Assembly (NCBI RefSeq): GCF_041956535.1
Contig: NW_027192221.1
Coordinates: 203,969-258,166, forward strand
Direction of reading: 5' to 3'
From: Calcarisporiella thermophila CBS 279.70
Taxonomy: Eukaryota; Fungi; Calcarisporiellomycota
Length of the DNA stretch: 54,198 nt
Below, in pieces: positions 10,727-24,800 of this stretch (position 1 is its first letter; each line of letters begins with the position of its first letter). The notes beneath the pieces are model-generated. The model did not search any database. It was not told the DNA's origin and was given only the letters and a program-made list of their open reading frames with translations. The position numbers were made by a program, and so were the translations under genes.

Positions 10727-13710
10727 ATGGATATAGTCTACGCACAACACACATTCGATGCAGAGAATCCAGACGAGATTAGTTTTGCTCGGGGTGATAA
10801 AATCATTGTTCTAGAGAAGGATGAAAACTTTGGCGATGGATGGTGGCTCGTAAGTGCTCCCCCATTAATTGCTAAGCTAAGGTTTGGATTGTTTAATATA
10901 AATCATATCTACTCTCAGGGCCAAAATCCCCATGGCGAAATCGGATTATTTCCGGCAAATTATGCATCACCACAACCACCTGCACAAAAGGCTTCATCCC
11001 AGTCGCAACAACAACAGCAGCAACAAACCAGGGTGCGTCCCCTTTCCATAGTCATGTCAAATCCCATCACACAGCAACAGAGCCCTATTAGTATGGAATC
11101 AGGCTCTCCCCTGGGTCGCATTCAGCAACAGCAGCAGCCACAGCATTATCAAGAAAACAATTATTCAAGGCAAATGGAGGATGAGGGTAATGAGAACACA
11201 AAAGTCCACTCGTCCCACTCATCTCTTACAGATAACCTCGGACGGGATCGACTATCGGTTTCTAACGGGCGTCCAACTCCTCCCATGCAGCCATCTCCTC
11301 CCGCTCAGCCGCCGCCTCCTACTCAGCCCCTCCCACCTGTTCAACCTCCTTCTCAACCACCACCGTCACAGCCTCTTCCCCCCATTAACCCTCCACCTCC
11401 CCCACCACCAGCCTCAACCACGTCTACAGAGTCCAAGAAACTCTCCATGGAGCCTACTGGAGCACGTGCAGCCGCACAGACAATATCCCTGCAGACGGCG
11501 ATCCGACATCCAAGTTTGGCTGGAGTGCATCCGGAGGATTGGGATGTGCAACAAGTATCTTTTTGGTTGCAATCGATGGGGTTAAATCAAGCAGCAGTCA
11601 AGTTCACGGGTAATCATGAGATCTTTCGAATCCCTCATAGTTTTAAATTGAGAATTCTTACTCTATTTTTCACCTGCAATTAGAGCATGAGATTAGCGGT
11701 GATATATTATTAGAGCTGAATCTGGAGACGCTCAAAGAACTAGACATCTCATCTTTCGGCAAGCGCTACCATGTTATGAGTGCAATCAATGCCCTAAAGC
11801 AAGAGTTCAATCTCAACTCTGGCGATCAGAATTCAATCTCAGACACTCGATCTGCCGCCTCTTCGGTTCGTGGAGTCCCCGCTCCTAGTATCACTAGCCC
11901 AACCTCGCCGTCGCCTTCATTTCAGAACGTTCAACGGGTGCTGACTGACCCTGGAATGGGCCGGCCAACCTCGACAGCCTCGGTTCCTCGCTCGGATTCA
12001 CGTTCTGGTAGAATGGGTGCTTCTAGCCATAGTGGACAAGACTTCCGCGGTGATGCCCGAATTCTAACTGAAGCGATTCCAGAAGAAGAAGACATAGATG
12101 ATGAAAATCGGTTCCCTCAAGCTATATCCCACATGCATCTAAACACTCCCCCTTGGCAGCAGCCTCCACTTGGCCAGCCAGGTGTGTCAGGGAGCTCGGT
12201 AGGCTCGAGTGTATCAATGCGACAACCAATGTATACCTTGCAAACAGAGCCTGATTCTCGTACATATATTGTGAGTCCTTTATCCTTTGTATGATTTTAT
12301 TTGCATCTATGCATATTCATATGCTATTCTATTTATTTAGAGCGGAGACAGCCGATCCTTGACATCGGATAGCGGACCAATGGATCCTGAGCATCCCAAC
12401 GGCCATAATAGATTTGGTGCAAGATCCGAATCGAATGTTGATGAGCTTCATGCATGGCAAAGGCTCCCCGTTCCTACGTAAGTTTAACATGATTACAAAA
12501 TCGTTTATGATATTGGTTAAACATATATTTGCATGCGTTTGCTCTCTTTGCTTCAATTCCTATTTGTAGCAGTATCAGCAATTCACCCTCTGGCCCAAAG
12601 CCGTCTGGTATTAATCGACTTATCAAAAATCCGGATTACGAGGGGTGGTTGCGCAAGCAAGGAGGTCGTTACAAAACTTGGAGTACTCGCTGGTTTGTCC
12701 TCAAAGGAAGCGATCTCTACTATATGAAAAATCCAAAGGATACACGAGCTCGTTCGCATATTGATCTTCGAGGATACCGTGTAGTTCCTGATGAGCGGAT
12801 CCAGGCTGGCAAATACTGTTTCAAGTTGGCGCACGATCGCGAACGTACCTACAATTTCTACTGCGATACCGAGCAAGCTATGAAAGACTGGCTTCATGCG
12901 TTGATGAAGGCCACAGTGCGGCGTGATCCAAATGCGCCTGTTATCTCTTCGTGTAATGTGAAGACGGTGCCTCTTGCTGTAGCCCAGCAAATGCGCCCTC
13001 TCCCCCCCACGCTCAACAATAATCCGCAAGGGCAGCAGCACACAAATGGCATGGGGATAAAACAAAATCGAGTGGCTGCGCAGCAGCCTGCTCCTCTCGA
13101 GGCCTTTGATCACTTCGGCTCACCATTTGGATCTTCGCAGCCAGCACAGTCCCCCCCTGCCCCTCAATCGGTGATTGAGGATGCATGGGATGGCGAGCCG
13201 CTTGACAATGAAATTGACCCCGATCTGCGGCCGGAGCGCTTACGCCGACTTGCCGAAGAAAGGAAGGAGGAGGAGGAACAGCAGCAACGAGCAGACGCTG
13301 CAAGTCGTTCTCCTGGTGTCGGAGCTGATAACCAGCTGGAGCCGTGGGCGCGCTCGCGATACATCCGCTGGGTAAACGCTCATCTCCCACCAGAATTCGA
13401 TCAGCAAGTGACTGACTTAACGGACTCTTTCCGTTCTGGTGAGGTCTTGATCCAACTGTTGGAGTCGGTGGCGGGCAAACCAGTCAACCGCCCAGACCCA
13501 CCGGCGAATGGAGCGAGCAACACCTCTCCTAGTATGTTGATGTTGGAGAATATTGTGGCTGCATTTCGGTTTATGGACAAACAGGGGGTTGTACGTGATG
13601 GGTGGTTTTCGGTGAAGGATGTGTTTGGTGGAAAAGAGGATAAAATCATCGAGATGTTGGATTCAATTAGGCGATGGCAGACTACCTTGGATCAATCGAA
13701 AAAAGATTAA
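10727..13710 (+). CDS. Boi1/Boi2/Pob1-like polarity scaffold (SH3, Pro-rich, SAM, PH) with a C-terminal calponin-homology-like domain
   Basis: SH3 (AQHTFDAENPDEISF...DGWW/GEIGLFPANY); SAM (WDVQQVSFWL...EHEISGDILLELNLETLKELDISSFGKR after splicing); PH (PDYEGWLRKQGGRYKTWSTRWFVLKG...WLHALMKAT); Boi-type PVISSCNVKTVPLAVAQQM; CH-like YIRWVNAHL...DLTDSFRSGEVLIQLLE. Confidence 0.85.
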
Positions 13711-14495
13711 ATAATATCTCTTACTTTTTTTTTCCCCTCATTCATATATATAAATCTATATCCCATATGCTTTCTGAATATTGCTCATAAAATTAATTCA
13801 TATGGTAGTTTCTTTTAGTTGTTAGTTCCTTATTCCTTTTTTACTCTAATTGCTTTTAATTTTTTTTTTTTTTGAAGTTCTGGGATTTTCTTATAGTATT
13901 ATAATTTTATTTATATATTATATACATTCTACTTTTCCCACCTTTCATCAGTATTGATTAATGTATTAGTTTTTCTCCCTCCTTATAAATATTTTGAATA
14001 TATACGTGATAATTTTCTCCTTAAGATATCTTTATATGCTTGGCTTAAAATCAATGCTTCCTCATAAATATGTGTGACATACAAAATTTGTGGTATCTAT
14101 TGGAAGCCTAATACAACGAGAGGATTAAAATAAGTATGCAGTAAGAACTCACAGAATAGGGTGTCGTCATCCCTTTTATAAACTGGGTTTATTAGACGAA
14201 GAAGTAGTTAGCATTTCAGCCGCTATCCTAGCTTCAATAATTTACCCCCTCAACGTGGGACACGGAAAAAAAAGCAAGTCACATATATTTCAGAATTCGA
14301 ACATTTTATATAGACCGCCATCAAATTAAAATAAAATCGGCTCTGATTGGTTGACTGCGTTATTGATAAGACCAGTCGATGGTGCAAGTTTCTTTTGAAA
14401 AGGATAGAACAAAGGGTATATTTTGGTTTTTTACTGCCGCTGAAATCCCCACAGCAATCGTGCCGTTTTCCATTTGCCCATTTCGCTTCTCCTCA

Positions 14496-15634
14496 ATGTC
14501 ATATTCTTCCGCTACTTTTTCTTCGCTAAATACCATGACTCCATGGCTAACTAGGTCAAACAAGCAAAAGCGTAATGTGTCCTTCATTTCTGTGCATTGA
14601 TGTTTTGTCAATGTGTTCTAACATGTTTTTCCTTTCTGTTCTCTCCTCCTCATCTTGTGGGCTTTTTATAAAATAACAGCAGTAGTCCAGCCCATCATAG
14701 AAATTTCTAAACAGGATGACTGGAAAAATGTGTGCCGCAACATCAAGCGGATGGATCAACTCTACGATGCTACATTTCACTCATGGGTAAAGGCAGAAGA
14801 AAATGTACTTACTACCGCCATGTACCTACGGCGGATTGCAAATGGATATCCAATGGACCGCATTGTCAACGCACTCGAATGGCTTATGAGTGAGTGGAGG
14901 CTTGAGAGCGTTTGTCATCTTGTTAGACACCTCACGTTAGATTGGACAGGAGAACTAGGTAAGGATGCCAAATGAGGCTTCTGAGAATTTCTTACTGATA
15001 ATGATGGCATCTTTTCTCAGGCGATGAACAGAAAGCAACACTGCTACGGCACATCACGAAGAGCTGGTCCACGCAGCGAACTACCAATCTTGTTGCTTCC
15101 CTGCTGAGCCTCCCCCCTTATTTGGATCCTGTACCAAAGGACCGTTTCCTCCGCGCCTTCACTGCTGGATGGGACTTCTCGCGTCTATCGGAATTATTTA
15201 TGCATGTCCCGGTTCCTCATCGCACCAAGTTGCGGCTATTGAAAGAAGCAGCGGCTAGAGATCAAGGCGAGTTTAAACAAAGAATACGAAGACTTGCGCC
15301 TGAAACCTCCTCTTCTGCAACTTCCCCCTCTGCATCTTCCACCTCCCTCTCCTCCACTTCATTGTCTACCCATTCTTCTGCACACGCTCTGACTTCACCC
15401 TCATCCTCTTCATCACCCACCTCCTCGTCATCAACTAAGACACCCAGAGCTATAGAGAAAGAGGTGGAGAGTAGAAAAATGTTTTCACTGGAAAATGAGG
15501 AGGAAGATGCAGAAGATCTTTGCTCGCGATCGCACCAGCGCCATCAATCACTAATACTAGGGCTCCCTGGTGAACGTGAAATGATGGTCCAACAAGATAT
15601 ACACAATGGGAAAGGATTGGCAGCTGGGCATTAG
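14496..15634 (+). CDS. Hypothetical protein with Trp-containing helical repeats and a Ser-rich tail, 3 exons
   Basis: Phase-consistent GT-AG introns (about 14572-14679 and 14959-15020) join ORF pieces 14655-14975 and 15122-15634 into one frame. Start is ATG 14496 or 14535. No family recognised. Confidence 0.65.
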
Positions 15635-16019
15635 GTCAGTTCCTTTATATCTCTTTATTTTATACGTTTTCGCCTCTTGTTTCTCTTCTTCATTCTTTGG
15701 CTTCCCTCCCCCAACCCTTTAATGACTTAATTTGCTATTATATGTTTTCATTTTTTTTGTTGAGTTCTCCAGTTTTAAAAGGCTTTTTTTTTTTTTCAAT
15801 TCCAAAGTGTTATATTATTGAAAATTTTATACAGTTTTACGTGTTTAAACGGGACAATTTCTTTTGTTGTTGTTTATGTTTTTTCATCTTTTGTTTCTTT
15901 TTTTTTCCCCTCCTCTCCCTTTCTCTTCTCCTTATATTGCTATTATGCTATTATTATCAATAATATTTTCTGTCATTGGTAGGCTATACAAGAAATACAA
16001 ATTCTCTTTATTTTAAAAT

Positions 16020-19013
16020 TCACCAGTCGGATAATTCTTCATCGCTTCCACGAGGTTCCATCACAATGTCATCATCACTCTCTTCGGCACTATTTGAATT
16101 CTCAAGGGTAGGTGTAGCTGGCCTCTCCCTTTGCTGAAGGGGGTCAGGTTTAGATTGAACTTGCGCTGTGGCCGAGATGGAGGGGGCTGGGATAGCTTTA
16201 GGTTCAGATAAGGAAGGTCGGTTGTTTTTTACTTGCATCTGATCTTGTGCTTGTAATGGTTCACTAGGTGGTTGAGTAGGAGTTGAAGTAAGATTGAGAC
16301 TGGGAGCAGAAAACGTTGCCGGAGGAACAGTAGGCATTGCAGCTTTTCTATTCTTAAAATCGGTTATATTCTGAACCTTAAATGCACAGATTAGGACTAA
16401 TCGTTAAAAAAGTGTTAGAAGCAAATCTAGCCATACATTTTTCTCTTCAGTTACAGGATTTTCAATTGTTTGAGAATGCTCTTGGTTGAGAGTAGCAGTA
16501 GCATCTACCTTTTCTCTCATTTCAGTATCTTTGATATCCATACGGTTGGATTCATTGCCAGATTCCACAACCATAGTTGAGGCTTTTTGGACGATTTCCT
16601 TTTGTCTTACGAAGATTGGCTGCTTTACCGTAGTTTCCAAGAGAATTGATCCGCTAACCTCATTTTTTGATTTGTTGCTAGTATGATTCGCTTGGCGAAG
16701 GAGCGGTGGCAGAGGAGGGTGGATGACAAGATCACAGATAGTGAGCGCTTGAGCGCAAAAGTTTTGCAACTATAATATAAATAAGGCTCAGATTACTTTT
16801 CTTACAATTCGGGCCATATCAAGCCCTACCTCCCAACAAGAATCATTAATTCCTGCGGTGAATATTCTAACTGCATGTGATACGATGCTTGCAACCCCTT
16901 CTGTAGGGCACTGTACGGAGGCTGACAGGGATGCATACAGCGCCTTCTTCAGCTGGGTGTTAATATGGGGTGCGATGGTAGGATCTTGAGAGGCAAGTGT
17001 TACATAGGTTAGAACCACTTGGTCGATGGTTTGGCGAGCTGCAGGAGGAATTGAAGAGCTAGTATTATGGAGGAGAGCTTGCCAGACTGAAAAAGGAGTG
17101 ATCAGTTTGCGATGTAGCCGAAGAATAGAAAGAGAATACTACCTTCTAGTACAGCCACTTGAAGCTGGATGTTGGGTGGTTCAATATTCGCTGCGATTGC
17201 ATCCGAGTTAGTGATGATTTTGCGTTTCTTGTTGGATTTATTCTGATGATTCAATGGGTTATTATATATTGATTGTATCTAAAGAGGGTCGACTATTCTT
17301 TACCTTGGCGGCTCCAGTCTGTACCAAATCGGCTTCTATAGTAGAGGCTACTTCTGGTAGCTTCAAATCCTCGAGCAATTGCACGACGACTGATGTGCAT
17401 ATTGATTCAGCAAAAGAGATGCCAAATCTTTGAATACAGAGTGAGAGAGTACGATAGACTGATACGCGAATTGTACTGCGAAGAATGATTAGGTAGAGCT
17501 GATTGGTTATTCAATTGAAAAAATGTATATTATGGACACTCACTTTTGCTTTACGTTCTGAGAAAGAAGTCTCAGAAGAATACTAGATATCAAACTTGAA
17601 TATCTCAGCATATGATCTCCACAGCTAAATGTGAATATATAATTAGTAAGAATGTCTACCGCATTAAAAATCTATGTTTACCATAGTATCATAGAAACCA
17701 AAATCTCGTTGGCATGTAAATGGAGCATGGGAATGCAACACAGCATAGTCAAATATTCAGCTTTATCTTTGTTTTCCGACATCTACATAGCATGGAAACA
17801 GTCCGAATTTGAATCTTATTACTCAACTCACAGTTCAACTTACTAGAGATCCTTCGTATACATTAAATACTCGACAGATCAAATCTATTAGAGGTCCCAT
17901 TGGTACTTGCACGGCCACCAAAGTTTTAATACTGGGATTAGAAAGCATGCTTGTTTTTAGATACGCAAGGAATTGTCCATTACACTATCGAATATCCTAC
18001 CTTAAAAATTTCACAATAGATTTACTTAGAGCTTGAAAACGCGTCAACAAAATTGGAAATCCGATAATGTAATCAAGGGCAACAGGAGGGAGTTGAAAAC
18101 GATCTATTTGTTTTGAGGAATTTTCTGATAGAGGGAGTTAATCCATGTGACAAGTCCAAAAATGAAATTGCACACTAACCCTCTTCTATGGTGTCCAGTA
18201 GCCTATCAAGTATCTCATTCGCGGACCCCACCAGTTTTAACAATATATTTCTCCAGGTATCACTCTTAGTAGTAGTCGCCAGGCATTGCGCAGCGTGCTC
18301 TAAAAGAGCTGGGTCGGTTTGACCATCGAGATATTGTAAACAAAGAGTCTGGGTCTTCTCTGAGATTGGGCGGCACGTGGTAGGGAAGAGTGTGAAAAAC
18401 TTCGAGAGGGAATGGAGAATGGTGGGCTAGTTTTGTCAGAAATATCATGAAAACATTTGCAAAATAAAATGAACTATTCATATTGTATCAGGTAATTACC
18501 ACTAACTCGGCGTTCATTCTTAGGCTGTCGACCATCAAAGAGTTGAGCTTAGGAAGGTATACTGTAGTTACTTCGCGCTGTAATTCAGGGCGGTTTTGAG
18601 TTTTTGAAATAAGAAATGTAAGTGTTTCCATCGCTTCCTTAAGCGTAACAATGGGCTCGGGTCTCTAATTTGAGAGCATATAAATATCTTAAAATACCAT
18701 AAAATAAAAGGATAATTACACCCATAATCCCGAGTAATGCAGAACACCACCCTACTACATTCTCCGTATATAATTCTTCAGATTGCTCGGCAGTCACACG
18801 GACCAAACATATAGCTGACCAGCGTGCTCCTGCACATTTTGATTGTAAAAGCGAATTGAGGCGAGTAGACCATTTGTGTTGTGTAGAGGATTGGGACGAG
18901 GAAAAAAGCAGGGGGCGCAAGCGGAGGCATGAAAGGATGAATGGTACATACTCTTCTATATGGTTATCGTCCACGATATAGGATGTAAGAAGGTGATGCA
19001 GCAGATCTGCCAT
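16020..19013 (-). CDS. RIX1: Rix1/PELP1 pre-rRNA processing (rixosome) subunit, multi-exon
   Basis: N-terminal KWSTRLNSLLQSK...RWSAICL...WCSALLGI (RIX1 domain), later FCAQALTICDLVIHPPLPP, and an acidic low-complexity tail. Confidence 0.8.
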
Positions 19014-19654
19014 GATGAATTAGTATTAAAATAGATTCCAACAATTTCCTACCTAGGCTCTCGAGAATAAATTAAAGTGTGACTATCTTTTCAGAGTAAA
19101 CAAAGTAATATAGTTTGATTTAGAGTTAACTATCAAATACATCAGAGGTTTATAGTATAAATTCACCCTGACTCTAGTTGAATTTGTATTTTTCATAAAT
19201 ATATTCTTTAAATATCAGAGAAATTCTCGTATTTAATAAAAGTCTTTACTGCTATTAGGTACATTAGCTTTAATATAAGTGGACAGTATATATTCATTAT
19301 TATATACTCGAATTCAGCTAAGAGATTCAATGAGAAAATGCAAGAAAAGTATTCATCCTTATTATGGAGAAAGAGATTTGCACTTTTTCCATTTCACCGG
19401 TATTTATGGAGTAAAATTTATTATTTTCTTATATTGAAACCATAAACTAGTAAATATTTAAAGCTCGAAGAAAACCCGGGATTTGGTAATAGATAATTGA
19501 CATTGAATTTGAGCTAAAAAAAGCATGCTAGGACTCCCTAGTGGAAAAATGCAACTCGCTAGAAAAGAGTTCCAGATAAAGAAAAAAAAGTTTTAAAAAT
19601 TACAACTAAATAAAAAGTTTTTCTACAGGATTAATCAGCGAAAATATATATAAA

Positions 19655-21646
19655 CTAGGCAGAAACCTCCTTTTTCAAAGATGAGGCTGGAGTTGTGTGC
19701 CCAGGAGGCCGAACCCATCCCATTTCCACAAAAAAGTCATAGATCCTGCTTGTCTTGTTTACATCAATTTTGATCAATTCTCTTGCTTGTCGCCGTCGAA
19801 GCGCACCTAAACGTGCATACTCCTTGAGGATCGTTTCTTTAATGACCAAATAGGGTTTTGGCATAATTCGCAAAGTGGAGCATAGGTTTTGTTCGTCTTG
19901 AGTAAGTAGGTGGACGCCGTCGGCCTCCCAAATATTCAATGGGTTGGCAGGTTTGCGACCGAGGGGTTTTGGGGTGGTAGATCGTGCGTGGTTAGATTCC
20001 TCAATAGCTCGAGGGGGCGGTGGTGGCTGATACGCTGCCTTGCGGGATTGCTGTCTTTCGCTAAAGGAATTTTGAGACGCCAGCAGTGACTTAAGATTGG
20101 ATTGCTAGAGTTACGTATTATTAAAATACATTAGAAAGGTAAAATAAATTGTACAAAAAAGATAGAAAAATTTACTCTCTGTGCTTTATCTCGCTCATAT
20201 TGAGTACCCGCAGACAACGTGGTTATACCATTTTGTCTATATTCTTGAAGTTTGGTAATTTGTTCTCGAAGCTTCATTTCATCTAGAAAATTAGCCATAA
20301 GATCAATATCATTATCACATGCCGGATTAATAAATTAAATCTCACTGAGAAGGCCATCAACAAATTTCTGAAAATCCCCTGCAGTTTGTACTCGGGAATA
20401 CGGTCGCAATCGGTTAAATAGATCACGTTCTTCCTTAGTACGCTTCTTTTCTTCTGCAACATTCTGCATTCAAGAGAAGAGTGAGTAAAGACAATACGAG
20501 TTTATCATTGAATTATTGCAACACCTTTTTATAGTTGAGAAGTCCGCGGTCGAATATAAATCGTTTACGTTCTAATCGCTTATCGATTTTGTGATTGAAA
20601 ATCTCAAGGACAGCAACTTTCAGTTCGGTTTCCTCTGGGGTATCTTCTTCGGTGAATACTATATCCTTTACGCATTGCTCTGCATCATTCTCATGTTCCG
20701 TCTCGAACTCTTTCCGGCCAGGCATGTATCCTCCTATTTCGTGATTTGTCGGCTGACTTGAAAGAGGCTAGTAGAAAAAGTAGTTTAGAATTTAGGTATA
20801 TTGCTACAAGTATATATATTATATTCACTTTGCTACGGTTTAAATCTGGTGGTTGCTTTGCAAACGATTCTAGGCGCTGTCGCTTCCGCGCATGGAATTC
20901 CTCAAGATCAATACCATCCAAAGAAGAGATAGTTCTCTACAATAAAGAAATTTTTTTAAAGTCCATGTCAGTATATTTCAGGATATTATTAAACTATACT
21001 GGTAATGGCCATTTATCACTGTTCACATAAATCTCTAGATAATGTTTCTCGCATTCTTCCTTCGTTCGTGTCTTAACATGCTTTGCCACAGCTTTCCAAT
21101 TCCCCATCCCAAATTTCTCTAGCCCTTGTAGAAGCAGAAGCTCTTCGTCTGCGCCCCAATCTGCATCAAAAATGGGAAATGCTGGCTTGCTCTGTGATAG
21201 CGGTCAAGAATATAGTAAGTAAAAAAATAGTCCTTATTGATCCTTATATCAGTAAGATTAATAACACTCACAACAACGCGATAATCGTGCCAGTTCTTGT
21301 GCTGGCCAACTTCTTTGCCTTTGCTGAAGCATGTCACACATAAATCAAAATCCTGACATTCAGCACATCGGATCCGAACAGTATCAGTGACGTTGAAACC
21401 GCATGAATCACAATGAAAAGGTTGGAAAGGTTGCTCGATGTCGTCTTGTGCTAAAAAAAAAGTATAATAATGATTAAGACAGGAAATTATAAAAAAAAAA
21501 AGAATTCCAAGACAAAAAAAAAGCTCGCAAATGATGTTTACAGTATTTTAGAAGTACCAATATGTTAACGGGAAAGGATACTTAAATTTAAAAATATTCT
21601 ATGGTAATTCATCCATGCGGCAATACATACCCTTATCTTCTCCCAT
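19655..21646 (-). CDS. ADA2: Transcriptional adapter 2 (SAGA subunit): ZZ, SANT and SWIRM domains
   Basis: ZZ finger FHCDSC...IRCAECQDFDLCVTCF; SANT WGADEELLLLQG...GMGNW; GGYMPGRKEFETEHENDAE; SWIRM ARELIKIDVNKTSRIYDFF. A 16-nt first exon (21631-21646, MGEDK) is followed by intron 21451-21630. Confidence 0.95.
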
Positions 21647-21819
21647 ATTTTCTTTTCTGACAGCTTAATGAGCTCAAACTCGAGTTTAGTACTTGCACTT
21701 TATTATCCCCACATTATGCTGCGCTACATTCTACTTGAAATTTATTCGGGCTATTAAAATCAATGACGGCGTGTTAAGTACAGAAGACAGCATAGTCTCC
21801 ATGTTTTAATCCAGGAAAC

Positions 21820-24800
21820 ATGTTAGAATCGCTTGCTGCCAATCTGCTCAACCGCTTTTTGGGCGCGTATGTGGCAAACTTAAATTATCAGCAGCTTAAT
21901 ATTGCAATATGGACAGGTGGATGACTTTTTCAAACAATGGCCGTGTTGCTCAGGAATTGAATGGATATACTTATTTATTAGGTGAGGTTATTTTACGGAA
22001 TTTGCAATTGAAGAAGGAAGCACTCGAAAAGTTCAGCCTACCTGTCGATGTTAAGGAGGGTAAGGGCATATATTGTTGCTGGAATGTCAATAGATGTGAA
22101 TTCGAATGCTCTGCTTTGCAATTAAGGTCATCTTGGTGAGTTGACCATGTTCATACCTTGGTCGAATCTAAAAGGTCAGCCGGTGAAGATTAACATCAAC
22201 GATGTATACTTGCTTGCTGCTCCGAAAGCAGAGAGTTCAGTGAGTATTTTTCTGGTTTTTCTCTTGTCACACATATCAATCTATTTTCTCTTAGTTCAAC
22301 GCAGCAGAGGAGGAGGAAGGTCTCCAGAGGCGTAAGCAAGAGAAGCTCACCAACTGGGAACTGCTCAGTACAAAATCATCCGTTTCATCGCAAGGTATGG
22401 TTAATTTGCAGCACTTTTTTTGAGCGTATCACATCATTATCCTACCTTTAAACAATTGCCGCCATAGAAGAAGACCAGAAAAACGCCTCATTTCTTAACC
22501 AACTTATTACAAAAATTGCCGACAACCTTCAAATATCAATCAAAAATATACACATTCGGTACGAGGACAGGATAAGCACACCAGGCCATCCGTTTTCGGT
22601 AGGGTTAACGCTATCAGAGCTCTCCGCCGTATCTACGGACGAAGAATGGAGTCCGATGTTTATTGAACAAGGGACAAACACAATTCACAAAGTATATATA
22701 TATGCTAGTTGGTTTAAACGGATTTGTTGCTAATCTAATTATTAGCTTGTAACCTTAGGTTCTTTAGCTGTATATTGGAACACAGATTCAAGATCACTAG
22801 AGGGTATGCCACTTGAAGAAGCAATTAAAGTTTTTATGAACTTAGTATGTATTATAAGAAAACTAGCAATCGATACTATACGAAATAGAATAATTTTAAT
22901 GTTTCAAACTGCTAGATTGCAACCTCTGGGAATATTCCTGAAGAGAATCAATATGTGTTGAAACCTGTATCGGGCACTGGAAAGGTACAAGTTTTTATCT
23001 ATAATGTTTTGAGCCTATATGCAAATTTGTTTGGTTTATTCCTTCAGGTCAAACTTCACAAAAGATACGGACGTGAAGTGCCTAAAACCGAGGCAACTTT
23101 GCTTTTCGAAGAGCTTGGCTTCGTTATAGATGATGAACAATACAGGGATGCACTACTAATGGCATCTTTGTTCCACAGCTACATGAGGCAAGCGCAGGTA
23201 TTTATACTGTAATATCCTGGATGGATGAATTCCATTGATATTTATATTTCAACAATTCTTTAGTACCGAAAATTAAGACCACCCGATGAAATCACTCCCA
23301 CATCAAATCCAAGCCGATGGTTTAAATATGCAGGTATTTTTTTATTGCTTTGCACTGCCTAGTTATACTGTATTGATAATTTGCTATTGCTTTAGGTGAT
23401 TGTATTATTTCCGAGATTCATGAAAGAAATCGGCGTTGGACATGGGATTATATTCGAGAGAGGCGGGACGATCGACGAGAATATATAGCCTTATATACAA
23501 ACTCTAAATTAGAGCGAGCCTCAGAGGAAGTGGGTTACATATTTTTTCAAATTATTAAGCTTTTGCTAATGAAAAATTTTACCTATAAACTAGGATCTAA
23601 AACGTCTTCGAGACCTGGAATGGAAATGGGATTTTGAAGATATTCGATTTTTCCGCTCACTTGCGAAGTCGCATTTAAAGAAGGCGCGAGTTGAAATTGC
23701 TAAACGAGAAAAAGAAGCTCAAGAACAAGCGCGACAAAACAGTTGGTTTGGTTGGTGGTATGGAAGTCAAATTGAGGGTTCAGTAAGTTATTTGTTACTT
23801 TCACTAGTTGTACATGCATCGTATAACATTTTACTTTATAGAGTGAAAATGATGCTGAAACCGTAGTGAGTGAGCAACAAAAACAAGAATTTTATGAAGC
23901 CATAGAATGGGATGAACGTCAGGCTGCAGCGGAAGCAATTGAAATACCAGAAGATGTAATCGGTTCATAATAGTTTTTTTTTTCCTCCATATTTCCCACT
24001 AAATTGCTTTTTCTAGGCAATCCGCTTCTCATGTAACGCTAAGCTAAAAACTGGTTCATTCTCTCTTAGAAAGGATCCACATCAGTGCAGCCACACGATA
24101 CTATCTTTAGTTTTTGATGATCTCAGTGCGGGCATTATTCATCGCGAGAGTTCGTTTAAAACAACCATGACACTTGGCGATTTAACTTTAAATGATGGAA
24201 CAACTGAGGGAACTGTTTATCCACAACTAATTAGAGTAAAGGAGCGAGAGCCTGAAGAAGAGCGAAAGCAGATGGAAATTGATGAAAAGTATGTATATAT
24301 CTCCCAATTAATTCATCTCAGTGATATGATAACAATATTTAGGTATAACGAGCCATTTTTCTCAATTATCTACGAACATAATCCCATCAATAAGCAAGCA
24401 GATAACTCTGTTTCGATACGAATGCGACACTTGGAGATCATTTATAATGTTAATGCTATCAACAGCGTATATGGATTTTTCACTCCGCCCGAGCACAGTA
24501 TGGAGTCCATTAACACGCTACTTGTATGCTTACTTTTTTGGCACGAATTGCGGCGAATACTAATATTCTTCTAAAATATTTATAGGAAATGGCTGGTGAT
24601 ACATTTCAAGATATCAAACAACAAACTCGTGCTAGTCTTGAATTTGTCCTTGAAGAGCATCGCACGATAAACTTACACGTCGATATGGATGCACCTGTTA
24701 TAATAATCCCAGAGAATTGCACAAATAGGGATACAATGATTGCCGTGCTGGACGCGGGTCATATCAATATCACTTCTGACCTAGTGGAGAAATCCGCAAT

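Noticed and set aside
12583-13649. Long antisense ORFs over the Boi-like gene (also 574-948, 24903-25388, 33294-33560)
   Set aside because: Shadow frames of real coding exons with no motifs of their own.
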